Made by a program: the position numbers and the translations under genes
Source: Isurus oxyrinchus
Lineage: Eukaryota
Length of the DNA stretch: 64,000 nucleotides
Reading direction: 5' to 3'
Assembly: GCA_026770705.1 (NCBI GenBank)
Contig: JANJGN010000087.1
Span: 62,001-126,000 of the forward strand
Notes under the pieces: generated by a model
Databases searched by the model: none
Told to the model about the DNA's origin: nothing
The model's input: the letters and a program-made list of their open reading frames with translations, nothing else
Part shown: positions 52,140 through 64,000 of the stretch, one piece after another
How the letters are laid out: each line of letters starts with the position of its first letter
How positions within the stretch are numbered: position 1 is the first letter of the stretch

Positions 52140-52590
52140 AAAAATACGTATTTAAAGTAGATAGGTATTTTTTTCAAAACTCCCGGATGCCTGAGCGCAA
52201 GTTACAGTCATTTATTTGCATTGTGTAATCTCAGCACTGTTGCAATTTAAGGAACGCCGCAGCCATAATGGGCGCAGTAAAATGGCACAAAAATCGTGTG
52301 ATAATGACCAGATGAGCTACATTGTCTGATGTTGATCAAGGGATAACTTTGGATAGACTCCCTAGTTTCCCTCAAAGTAGACCCATGGTAAATATTTTTA
52401 TTAACCTCCACTGATGCAGATATGGCATCGATTAAACCTCTTACCTGGAACAAGCAAAATTATAGAGAACAGCATTCCCACAGCACTGCACTTCATTCAC
52501 AGACTTGACTGCTCTGCTAAATAACTTGAGTCATTCTTAAAACAGGCCTTGTGCTTTAGAAGTGAGTGTTTTTAAGAGAGGTAAGGCTGG
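52140..52590 (-). mobile_element. Degenerate Deu-type SINE (SacSINE1-like)
   Basis: gataatgaccagat..gatgttgatcaagggata..cccatgg..cagcattcccacagcactgcact matches the reverse complement of the shark DeuSINE body as recalled. Confidence 0.55.
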
Positions 52591-52659
52591 CAAACGAAGG
52601 ACTAGGAGAAGGAACAATAAAGAACTGGATCATTTCTGAATGAGTTTCAGAAGCTGACG

Positions 52660-54295
52660 AACCTCGGGTACATTTGTAAGAAACATTGTACTTGACAGCG
52701 CAGGTTGCGAAAAGGCTGCTAAAGTTTGGAGTTCTTTGGTGTATAACTAAGGCACAGAGTACACTGAAGGGAAGATGTTATGATTCATTTCGGCCTCATC
52801 TGGAATAATGCTTCCAATTCTGGGCTAAAAACGTTAGGGAGGGTGTGAAGGCATTAGAAATGATGCAGAAATGCTTCATAAGGTCATTCCGGTGATGACA
52901 AACGTATTTTTTCTACATTGTTTGAGTGAGCTACGAATATTCTACTTGGAGAGGGAATGCTAAAACAACCTTCGGGTTCTGGACATTACGGCACAGAAAA
53001 ATTGTCGCCATTGGCGGAAGGATCAAGAATGATCAGTACAGATTCATGGTGATGGACAAATTGGAAATGGTGACATAAGGATGCTAGTTTTGCATGTTGC
53101 GATTAATTACGTTCTGCAATGCACTGCCTGAGAATGTGGTGGACGAGGATATGCAATGCACTGACTGAAATTGTAGTGAATGATGAAATGCAAAGCACTG
53201 TCTGAGAAAATGCTAGCTTAAGATCTGCAATGCAATGTCTTAGATTGTGATGGATGAGGATCTGTAATGCATTGACAGAGAATGTGGGTGATGAGGACCT
53301 CGGATGCAATGTACCAGAATATGCTGGATGGCAATCTGCAATACACTGTCTGAGAATGTGATGGATGATTGTCTACAATGCACTGGCTGAGAATGGGGGT
53401 AGGTGAGGATCTGCTTCAAGCTATCTGACATGCACATTCTGAGATCGTGGGGGGGGTGAGGATCTGAAGCACACGGTCTGAGATTGTGGGGGATGTGGAT
53501 CTGCAATGCACTGCTTGAGAATGTGGTGGATTTGGATCTGCAATCCACTGCCTGAGAATGTGGGGGAATAAAGATTTGCAATGCACTGTCTGAGAATGTG
53601 GGTGATGAGGGTCTGGAATGCACATGTATGAGAATGTGCTGGATGACGATCTGCAATGCTCTTTCAGATAATTTGGTGAATGAGGACATGGAATGCACCT
53701 TCTGACAAGGTGGTGGATAAAGATCTGAAATATGCTGTCTGAGATTGTGGTGGATGTCGACCTGCAATGCACTGTCTGAAAATGTGGCGTATGTGGATCT
53801 TCACTGCATTTTCTGAAAATGTGAGTGACGAGGATCTGGAATGCATTGTCTGAGAATGTGCTCGATGACGATCTACATTCCACTGTCTAAGATTGTGGTA
53901 TTTGATGATCTGCATTGTACTGTTGGAGAATGTGGATAATGAGGGTCTGCAATGCACTGACTGAGAAAGCGAAGGATGAGGATATGAAATGCACTCTCTG
54001 AAAATGATGGTGATGAGGATCTGCAATTCATTGTTGGAGAATATGGTGCTTGAAGATATGAAAAGCATCGTCTAAGAATGTGGCGGCGAGGATTTGAAAT
54101 GCACTGCCTGAAGATGTGGTGGATGAATATGAATCGTAGATTTTAAAATATATATGGTTAGATAAATGAGTGAAAAACAATGCACAGCTTTTGTAAATTG
54201 CAGGGTTGTGTGAGTGGGTGAGATACTTTCACAGAGAGCCTCCATGGACAGAACATGCTGAAAGGCCCCTTTCAGTGTTGCAGGGAGATTATTTT
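52660..54295 (+). mobile_element. CR1-type LINE 3' fragment split by an internally derived minisatellite
   Basis: An RPHLE*CFQFW-like remnant at ~52790; the 3' UTR resumes at ~54130-54295 after the repeat. Confidence 0.6.
53112..54128. repeat. 37-bp minisatellite, ~27 copies, consensus GATCTGCAATGCACTGTCTGAGAATGTGGTGGATGAG
   Basis: Period read directly (TGCAAT at 53115, 53152 and onward). Confidence 0.92.
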
Positions 54296-54327
54296 AATCC
54301 ATGATTACATTGACTGAGAAGTCTCAC

Positions 54328-54641
54328 CTGAACAGATGACACTGGCGTCATTTCCATGTGAGCAGTTAAAATTTTCCCCGGATGTAACCCGACACTCTGT
54401 CACTCGCGATTCATTCCCGTGGCACCTGTAATTTTCCTTCCACACAGGGCCTGCTCCCTGCCCAAAGGGAGAAACCCTCGGGATTTCCTTTACAGCCCCG
54501 CACTGAAGGTGCTCACACACCACACTGGCGTCTTCTAAACCAAAGTGAATATCACACAGGGTCCCCACTGCTCTCCGTGCAGCACTTCCACCCGGCCGGA
54601 GCACCTGTTCTCACCACCAACCAATCGGGGTCCATGCTTCC
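54328..54641 (-). CDS. SRCR domain 3 exon with a -1 frameshift (314 nt)
   Basis: PRLVGGENRCSGRVEVLHGEQWG / TLCDIHFGLEDASVVCEHLQCG..CSHGNDASVICS is split across two frames at the C run 54563-54566. Confidence 0.85.
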
Positions 54642-55810
54642 CTGTTTTTAATAAAAACAAGGACGAAAATATTTTGTAAATGAACATTTGAATATAGACA
54701 TGGCGAAACAAAGAAAAATGAAGGAATGAAAATTTATAAATACGTGTTGTACTGCACTGTTTATACATCTTACTGTTTGAAACTCACTAGACTGCGATAA
54801 GCCCTTAAACGAACGTGTCTGTTTGCTCAAAGTAGAGGGTTCATCCAGGAAAATGCTAACGGAATTTTGGACTTTGTCTCAACAGCTTTGAAATACCAAA
54901 GAGAGGACGTGACGTTTCAGTCATACCCAGTATTGGCCAGAACCAACCTGTATAACAGCTGTCAGATTTGGACAGGGCACTCCAGAAGAAACTATTCGTC
55001 TTGGAGGGGATGCAACGTATATATAGAAGGATGCTTAATTTACTTAAACATTGTATTGTGATTCCGAATCGAACAAAAATGTCTTGAAGCTATTTACTCT
55101 GGAAGGATTAGGGCTGATTAAACGATGTTAAAAATCTTAAATGGATTTCAAAGATTTGGCAAAGAGTCACGGGTCCAGTAATCCAGAACAAGGTCACTCA
55201 AGGGATGAAGTTGTTGTTGCCGGGGACAGGAATATATTTGAGACGGCCTGCATTTATTCCTGTTTTCTATATTCCCCTGTGGAAGCGATTGAAATTGATT
55301 CTCTTGGACTGTTGACGTAGGCACATAGCACATACAGTTGCAATGCTTCTACGGAGATAATCCCACTATTTTGAGCAAGAAACAAGAAAGGAAATTTTCT
55401 CCTAATTATTTACTTTATTTCGGTCAATTCATTGAAACGCCTCTCTAAAATAATGCAACCACAGTTAAATATTGATTCGCCTACTTTTATAACTAATGAA
55501 GTCATTTCACGTTTGGCAGACAGAAAACGACTTGAGAGTTCAATCGATAATGGGTGTTCTGGCAAATGTCAATGAAAAACCTATGTATGGTGCAAGCATT
55601 AATTTCGCAATAATAATGCGTTATTTTCAGATTACGCAGAAGTTACTGACTTAAACATAATTGCGTTATTCCAGAATCATAAAACGCGACAGTGAACTAT
55701 AAAGAAGTGCTTGGGAATGATCATAATACAAGGAAACAGCAATGGCATTTTCTCCGTTTCTGAAAAGTTCACCAGAAAACCTTTATGTGTTTCGGAATCC
55801 TTCTACTCAC

Positions 55811-56125
55811 CGGAACAGCTCACACCGACATCGTTCATGTGGGTGCACTCGTTTTGATTTACTGGAGAGATAGGGCAGTCTGTCAGGCTTGTCTCATTGC
55901 CTTTACAATCAAATTTATCGCTCCGTAGAATTCCAGTGCCCTTTCCAAAATAAGCCCCTTTTTCCACAGACACAAGGACTCCACACTGAAGCTGATGACA
56001 GACCACACTGGCGTCATTCCAATCCCAGTGAAGATCACACACTGTTCCCCAGGTTGTACCGAACTGTATTTCCAGTCTGCCCGAGCAGTTGGAATCCATG
56101 GATACGAGTCTGGGAAACCTGTGAT
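55811..56125 (-). CDS. SRCR domain 2 exon
   Basis: PRLVSMDSNCSGRLEIQFGTTWGTVCDLHWD..CTHMNDVGVSCS; AG/GT, 315 nt. Confidence 0.93.
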
Positions 56126-58902
56126 CTGAGTAACAACAATTCATGATTGTCCCAATCATTTTCAATTTTGTGCATATCTGTTTAAGCAAAACCTGTGATG
56201 AGGACTTCTGATAAGGATTTCATCCCGGCACAATAGCGATTAAGCTAAACCCCACTATCCTCCAGAAGTTATTGCTTGTAAAGAGGCCACATGCATCCTT
56301 TAACACACTTAGATTTACTGCTACCTCAGTACAGTGTTACAAGCATGCACTATATCTGCAGAGAGAACTTGGCTAAACATCTATTGAGAGAGAAGTGCTC
56401 TTTGACGTCAAACAATCTCTGCACTACCTGCAGCGAAAGTTCTTCATTGCATATTATTCTTATACCGGTTCCCGCCCGGAATCCATAGACTGAAATGCAA
56501 CCATACCATCCTTCACCCCAACACATGTGCACACATTCGAGGTCCGGTCGATAGATCTCATTGATGTAGATCACCAAGAATTCGACTTTTCACAGCTGGT
56601 ATTTCATTGGCACTAATGCCCAAATAGAAACTACATCAAGTTGCATCCAGGCAACATTCCCCCCACCCACGGACACCACCCCCCCCACCTCAACCCCCGC
56701 CAACCCAGCCATCATTGCAGGAAAACATCTGATCAACAAAAAAATTCCCTTTCTCTTACATTCTGTATATTCTATCGAGTTGAATTTAATAGTTTTAAAT
56801 ACATATTTATTCTCAAAGTCCCAATTCATCTACTTTTACTACCTCTGGCCCCTCATTTTTCAATCCCCCCTCTTGAATTATAAGACCCACTGTTCACAAC
56901 ATCTACTTATATGGAAGTCACAGCAGCTTTCTCTTCATGACACTTTCAGGGCGTAACTCTTCCCTGGAACCGGGCGACTGCAACTAGACATATCCTGTGA
57001 CCGGCCAGAAAATTACTCAGATAAATCCAGGAACCCTGACTTGTCCTCGAATCTACCATTTGATCTGCTGGCGTTTGTTCTTTCGTCGATGGAGCATATT
57101 GACGAACACAGACACCAAATAACCTCAAACATAAAATGATTGATCCCACAATACTTTCCCAGTGAAACGTTCCGAACACTGGAAGCACAAAGCGATGTTA
57201 AGTGCCATTTTGAATATGTCAGTAAAATGTAACGGTCACATACAAGGGGCAAAAACAGGCTCGTGTTATTTTAGTATTTTTAAAGTACTGGCAGCTGAAT
57301 CCAAACGAAACAATCACCGGATAACCATGTACAGTTTTGTGAACCAAGCCTTAGTTTTAATACGCTGATCATTTCAGGAGTGCATTTCGGGCTCCCCAGA
57401 ATGTTTCCCGTCTTCCAAGTGCAAATTTGAAAGGACAGCTTATGTCAATTGGTTCATGTTCCCGTACATCGCCTTTTGATTCCCGAAGCTTTAAATTTAA
57501 TAGATCACTGAAGCATTTCATACTTATATATATAATCAATCACATACAAAGGGAGCCTCTTAAGGCCATAATCAATGTGCAATTGAATGGGGAGACAGTG
57601 ATACTCCAACAATATTCTCTCTCTTCCTCACTCAGACCTCACTTCTACTGTAATCAGGTCAGTGAGAGGCCATGAGAAAGCAAACTCATTGCAACCGAAT
57701 AGTCTTCACGGGCCTTGGCAATTAATGTCCGGTAACCTTCCATCTGTAGCCTGAATTGCATCGCATAATATAGGGGTGAATGGATTAAAACAAAAATGAC
57801 CCTCAATAATTATGGGTCATTGGATCCAGGACACCAATTACACTGTCAGATGCATTAAAATATTTGGATGACAGACTATCAGATCGCTGCCTTCTACAAT
57901 GTTTACCAACGTTGTTCATGGATCGTTTGTCCATTAACGAATTTTGTCTCTGAATATCGCTTCCACAGTTGTAGTGCCAAAATCTTACTGGTGTGAAACG
58001 TGAACATTGTCTGTCCACAGGTACCCCTTACCCAAATCAGTGGTTTTAACATCTTCTGTTTTTTTTCTGAAAAAAATAGTTACATCGTTTCCTTTACATT
58101 TCACATTAGATTTTCTGTACTGTCGTGCAGCAGAAAAAAAAAAAAACAGCTAATTCCGTGTGAGAGACGATGTGGAGCTGGCGGTTCCTTCCCAGTTCCA
58201 GATTCACAACCTGTAAAATATCAGACCAATTATTCCGTACTACGGAATCTGGGAAACCTGAGGAACGGCTGCGATGAGCATGCGGAACCTGCGGAAGTAT
58301 TGGCGCCTTGAAGTATGTGTGAACATCCTGGGAAGTTTCAACGTCATCTGGGGAGTTCCCCTGCTCTCTGGGAAACTCCGCAATAGAGCTGAATCAAAGA
58401 CACCTGCATGCTCCGGTGTGCTCCCCAGGGTCGTTAAACCAGAGAATTTATACAGGGAGTGAGAACATAAAACACTGATCTAACAGCTGGGCAACTGAAT
58501 AACCGGACTCTGCAATCGCTCTCACTGATTACCGCAAGAGCATGCCGATCCATCCATGCGAGTGGCGAGGGAGAGGGTATAAAGCTTGCGGGATTTTCCA
58601 AACATTCTTCGCTTTCCATGGATTGTCCGGGTCACCTCACAGGAAGAAGCCAGCAGTGATATAAAGTGGGGTGCAACGTGCCGTTCCGGTGTGAGCTTAA
58701 CTTCATAAATTAACACAATTATTGACATGAATGTATGACACGCAAAGATTCTAATTATTTATAACATTAACTCCAACTAGAATATCCTGCCCTAAGTCTC
58801 ATTCTTCAGCTATCGGCTGTCCCAAAATAACATTTCTGCCTCTATTCCAGGGGAAAGAAATCGGATACGATGGGCGATGCGAAGCAGAAGAAATATTTGT
58901 AC

Positions 58903-59217
58903 CTGAGCAGATCGCGCTGGCATCATTGTTGTGTGAAATGGAATAGTGATCCCAGGAAGCTGATTTACAGTCTCGCAGGGCGGCCTCCTTCCCGCTGCAC
59001 TCAACATTATATGTCACAATGGGTCCGGAGCCTTCCCCAAAGTGAGCCCCGCCCGGTGCAGAGACCGCGGTCCCGCAGCCCAGCTCCCGACACACAACAG
59101 TGGCGTCCTGCAGGTCCCAGCTGATACCAAGCACAGTCCCCCACTGCCCTCTGTAGTGAATCTCCACTCTTCCTGCGCACCGACTGCCCCCATTCGCCAG
59201 TCTCAGTTTCACAGCCT
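58903..59217 (-). CDS. SRCR domain 1 exon (6-Cys variant)
   Basis: LRLANGGSRCAGRVEIHYRGQWGTVLGISWD..SHNNDASAICS; ttttacag|...|gtacaa, 315 nt. Confidence 0.93.
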
Positions 59218-59932
59218 CTGTAAAATACAATAATAAGCATAGAATTACAACCTATTAAAACCACGAGACCCAGCTAACCGGTCTCCACTTTCTGCAGGTC
59301 AGAGAAGAGGAATTTGGCCCAATTTCCCATTGAAACTCGATTTAAATATCAAACCTTTCAAACACAAGGCTATAATTGTATTAAACCCATAAACGAGCTG
59401 GTTATAAATGGGAGAGATGCCCCTTCTGGGACAGTTTGTCGATACGTTCAGAATTTATTCCAGTCCCCGGAGATCAGGAGATGGACGTGACTATAATAGC
59501 GAACCCAGTGATTGGCGGAGACTGAGATCCATTCAGAGTATCAGAGCACAAATTGCAATCTCCTTCTCCCAGCCAGCCCAACCCTCCCCCAACCTCCGGA
59601 ACTGGAATGTCATGTAACCTCTATTCCTGTCTGGATGTAATTCGCGAATTGGCAGCCCAGTTGGGATCGAAAGCAGTATCAGTGTTTATTGACATTCTCC
59701 TCTCCCGGACCCAAGTCATGGTCACTCTGCATTAGACAGCAATTTCCCTCAACAGGGTTTAAGTATGTTCATTATCAGAGTGCAGGAAACATTCCATTCC
59801 TCCCTGACAGGCACATGGAGAGCGAGTTAATCAATGATCAAGTCGGTACCGCAATTGTCTCCAACAGTTAGTTTTAATTCACGTAGAGTGGACAGAAAAA
59901 TTTCAGATAATATGAAAGTTGAGAGTTATTAC

Positions 59933-59965
59933 CTGATGGATCAGCCTGACTGCTCCCAGTTCTGC
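59933..59965 (-). CDS. 33-nt micro-exon preceding SRCR1 (RTGSSQADPS), probably the end of the signal peptide or the mature N-terminus
   Basis: catttcatttcag|...|gtaata, phase 1-1, conserved with its splice sites in the paralog (20134-20166). Confidence 0.7.
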
Positions 59966-62900
59966 CTGAAATGAAATGTTGAAAATTAAAGTTTCTTGGG
60001 GTAAGAGAACGATGAAACGGCCAGAAACGTTGTTTGTTCAAAGCAATTGCGAGAATATTTGGTCATTGTTTGAACATAAGGTTTTCAGGAACTTTATGTT
60101 AAAAAAATTCAACAAACACCCAAGTTTCCATCATTATCTGAAGGTAGATTTCCCGTCGCTTTTCGGAAGAAATAATCCCGCGGTTTGTGATTTCATCTGT
60201 TTTCCACTCCTAATGAAGCATCCAGCACAGCCTCAGTAGCAGGTTCATGTTATTAACTGGTCAACGTTTACCCAGGAGATCCCGAGAATACCCATTACAC
60301 AGAACCCCTCTTCACCATCTAAGGTCCCTCTAGCATACTAAAGATAGTATGTTTACCACACCCACTCTCGGTGCTCGAAGACATGGTGACTGGCCTATTT
60401 TTGGTCACTTTCCATTTGTTGGTTTCACACCATTGATTGTGCGTTAACATTTTCCATAATGGGCTCTGTTTTTTAGTTTAACCAGGAGGATATTCTGGTA
60501 TCTCTATATTCCCTGTTTAAAGTGTTAAAGAACATCTCACATTGACTCCCGCCCTCAGTTGAATTTCTGCAACCCCTTGCATGATTTCTGCCATTCCTGC
60601 ACAAAGCCTGCACCTTCCTAGAATATATTACTCAGGAGTTTATTGGAATTGTCTCTGATTGCCTGGGTAATGTAAGTCGCAACAATACTCAAGAAGCTGC
60701 GCACCAGCTAGTTCATAGCAACCCCCTTGAGCGGCAGTCCAAACAGCTCCACATTAAGCACCTCATGCAAAAGATGCACAAGATATAAATGCGACCTAAA
60801 GCCTGATACAAACCGACACAAAGCAATGCAAGATTGAGAGTTGAGATCTGATATCTCATTAGCTACAATACGATCCTGTTATAAAAACATATGCAGCATG
60901 TGGAAAAAGGTGACAAACATTCAGGTTCACGTAAGTAATATACATATAAAAGTTTTCCTTAGGTAAGTGATTTAATTAAAACAGATTTCAGGCCCCCCAA
61001 AAAGAAACACATAATCAAGCATGTTTACAGGTTAATTGCCTGTGAAATGTGAGATCTTATGCTCTCCTCGCCTATCAGCACACAATTAATACTCAATATA
61101 ACCATAATTATCCAATCACAACCAACATTGTTCGATCGCAATTTACAATTTAAATTTGAAAAAAATATAACAGTCATTGTCCATAATTCCAAAGTTCAAT
61201 TGAAAACACTATTTGAAATCTATCCGCTCATTATAGCACACAACAGTCACAACCCTCTGCCACTGATAAACATCTGTTTTAAAAAATATGCGCACGGGTT
61301 CAGTTGGCAGAAAAGGCAACTTTAACAAGGTTTGTACAGTCGGCCAGTGACCTTACATCGCAGAATGTGATCCACGCTTCTCTTAGAGTAAATGCTCTCT
61401 GCCTCTAGCACTCTGGGATTAAAAACATTTGCAATTGACGCTGCTTTGCCTGTACAAGAGCCGCAGGGGAGAACATAAAACTAACTGACTCGTTTTTGGA
61501 GTTGTATTCTGGATTAAATCGAAATGTGATATGTATTTGGCCACGTATTCAAAGTTTCTGTTAGGCAGATGCAAGTTAATATTTAGATGTCACATTTGTT
61601 AATAGAATTTGATAAATTAATTTCCCTTTTTAATGTCGAATGAACGGAAAATAATGCAGTCCGTAATATGCATTCAATGACATTTCCACAATTTAAATAA
61701 ACAGTTTCAAATCTCTCTCCATTTAATATAAATGTTAACATAGGCCCGCTTTTGGGGATTTAAACCTGATCTGCGCTTGGTTTGTGAAAATGATTCGGGA
61801 TTATGTTAATTTCGTCTTCTGTCTCCTTTCTGCTCTCTGCAGGGAATGTTCATTAAATTAGCGACACAATTAGGATTTTAGAATTAAAACTTTTATTTTT
61901 CATGTTTTGTTTAAAAATAAAGTAAATAGCCAATGTAAATATATTTTGATAAATGAAAAATGTGTCTGATAATTCTCGAATTTATTCCCTGTCAGTAAAA
62001 CACAATTTATTTTTGCGCTTTTCACCGCCAAAGCAGCAAAAAAAATAAAAAATCCTCGCCCCGATGCAAAGTAATTGAAAAAAAAATCCCGAGATCCCTT
62101 TAAGTCCACATAAAAGTTATCGGGAATTTGGAAGGAGGAGGATAAAACTTGATAATTTCCTGAATCTGTACACAGATAATGAGCGAAGCAGAAACTACAA
62201 CTTCATATCAAACAGTCATAATATTGATGCAAGTAAAAGATAAGAAAAATTCTGAGCAAATATGTAAATATAAGAACATTTTTAGCTAAGTAAGTTTTTG
62301 TAGATTGCAGGTAATAATTATACATATAGTAAAACTTAATTCAAGCAATGTTTAAGCTGACAAAAAATAAGATTTTATTCTACACTATTCAAAAATATTA
62401 TCCAACCCTCTACTGCTGAATAAAGCATTTGCATGCTTCTTATTTCACTGTATCACAAGTAGGTTTGACCACATTTCTACTGAGGAAATTCAGTTACTGA
62501 AACATCTGCAATGGTTCATTCACCAGTGAGTGCTTCACTGACCAGGATTTTGTACTCATTGAGATCATTTACATTCCAGAATTTGATCTGTTCCTTTCTC
62601 ACAACGACGGTCTCTGTTCCTTATCCACTGAATTTAAATAACCTGGTTCGAATTGTATGTCTAGTCTGTTGTTTCTGTCCAAGAGGCGCAGAGGTGAAGA
62701 TAAAAGCAAACTGCTGGGAGTGTGATCACTTTCGACCTTTTCACACCCATGTCTCTGTTTCAATTCGAAATAAGTAAAACATGTTAGCCCAGATTACGGC
62801 CACCAAAAGCAATGGTCACATTTGGCCTTTTGAACTTGGCGATTTAAAATGAAACAAATGAGCAAACTGTCTACATTCAGAATTCAACGCAATTAAATTA

Positions 62901-64000
62901 ACTGTTTCAGGATTCACTTAAACAACCCAAATTAATTATGGATTTAAGGAAAGATAATCCAATTTTCCACAAAGAATTTTGTTCATTCCTGTATTTGTGA
63001 AAAGTGCTTTCTGGAGCAATATATAATACATGTTTCTAGCAGTGCTTTTATTTAGAAGACATATTCCTCAAATAAATTACAATGCCTGGCGTTTAGTGTC
63101 AGTCATTTATTTCTAAATAATTGAAACTGATTTAGGGAGCCATATGCCTTTTACTGTGTACCTGACAAGAATGCAGCGAGGTTTCCCTGTCACTAAGGCA
63201 GCATTTCCTATTGTTAATAAGAGATTTATAATTGTAAAAGAAGACACACACTGGAAGCAGCAACAAATCTCAACCACGGCATCGACATAAAACTGAATAA
63301 TAATATCAGGCAGGTGGAAGGAAGTAAAGGCACAAGACTCGATACCTCATTAAACACCGTGAAAAACAATGAGAATTTGGAATAAATGTGAACCAACGTA
63401 ATTATGACATAAACCTGAAAAACAAACAATTCAATGGGAATTTTAACATCCATACAATGTGGTCATACGTGGAAGGTTGTATTAAAAATTAAGCAAGAGC
63501 ATTAATAAGTCTCTTCCCATGAGTTAAAGAAGTTGCAGTAACTATATATTTGGAGAATGCACTTAATCGCCAAAAGAAAACATTATAAAATTAATTGTGC
63601 TCTTTATTCCTATTTCAATATAAACTATTTATCGAACTTGCAAAACACTCTAAAGCAGAACCAACTGTTATAGATGCTGTAGTGTTTGCCCCTATATCAC
63701 ACCGAATTCCCGCGGAACATCGATTGAGAAATACCCCTGACAGTAATATGTTAGGAGGCTCACACCTTTGTAGGTGCAGTTTCATACTCAGTTAGTTGAC
63801 ATGAACAGAGACTGCGCTCCATGATATTCTAACAGTGACGGCTCTCTACGTCGTACCAGCTCTGCTGAAATTGTCTGATCATTGTGCAAATCTTAATAAG
63901 TTGAGCGTGAGGAAGAGTAGCAGGAGACTCAATAAATTCAGCTGCTGTGTTATTTATGTTGTAGTTCGGACTTAAATCGTTCTGACCTAAATATCACATT

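Noticed and set aside
53103-54068. His/Ser/Cys-rich repetitive ORFs, and a superficial CRISPR-like periodicity
   Set aside because: These are head-to-tail 37-bp units with no unique spacers and no cas genes, in eukaryotic DNA. The period is not a multiple of 3, and the unit derives from CR1.
60195-60250. Possible leader exon MNLLLRLCWMLH*EW (paralog MNLMLRLHRLFYWEW at ~20630-20681)
   Set aside because: The right copy has an in-frame TAG and neither copy has a GT donor at the expected site, so the leader exon is left unassigned.
63226-63453. Hydrophobic ORF MDVKIPIELFVFQ... as a possible signal-peptide exon
   Set aside because: The TTGTTTGTTTTTCAG looks more like an acceptor, the phase would not match the phase-1 micro-exon, and it lies outside the duplicated block.

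Overview
Eukaryotic, repeat-rich genomic DNA, most likely from a shark or other cartilaginous fish; this is inferred from the repeat families and gene types and was not verified. The main gene is a minus-strand, multi-exon group-B SRCR type I membrane receptor of the CD163/WC1/SCART kind (~40.5-60.0 kb). It has a 33-nt micro-exon, 7 SRCR exons, a stalk exon, a TM exon containing Glu, and Tyr-motif cytoplasmic exons (YEEI, DYDDA). SRCR exon 3 carries a 1-nt frameshift. The leader and terminal exons were not securely located. An older, dead paralog (~11.4-24.6 kb) keeps three SRCR pseudo-exons and the micro-exon, and a GPR139/142-like GPCR pseudogene lies between the two copies. The rest is CR1 LINEs (one near full length), a second non-LTR family, Deu-type SINEs, Penelope-like (PLE) fragments and minisatellites. 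The most unusual signals are (1) a CR1 copy with strand-specific A-to-G hypermutation in an ADAR-like context, (2) short TSD-flanked PLE terminal-repeat inserts carrying a minimal hammerhead-like motif with a non-canonical core, and (3) a 37-bp minisatellite amplified from inside a CR1 LINE. Exon boundaries were read by hand from GT/AG sites. Repeat boundaries are approximate, and repeat family calls come from motif recognition, not a database search.
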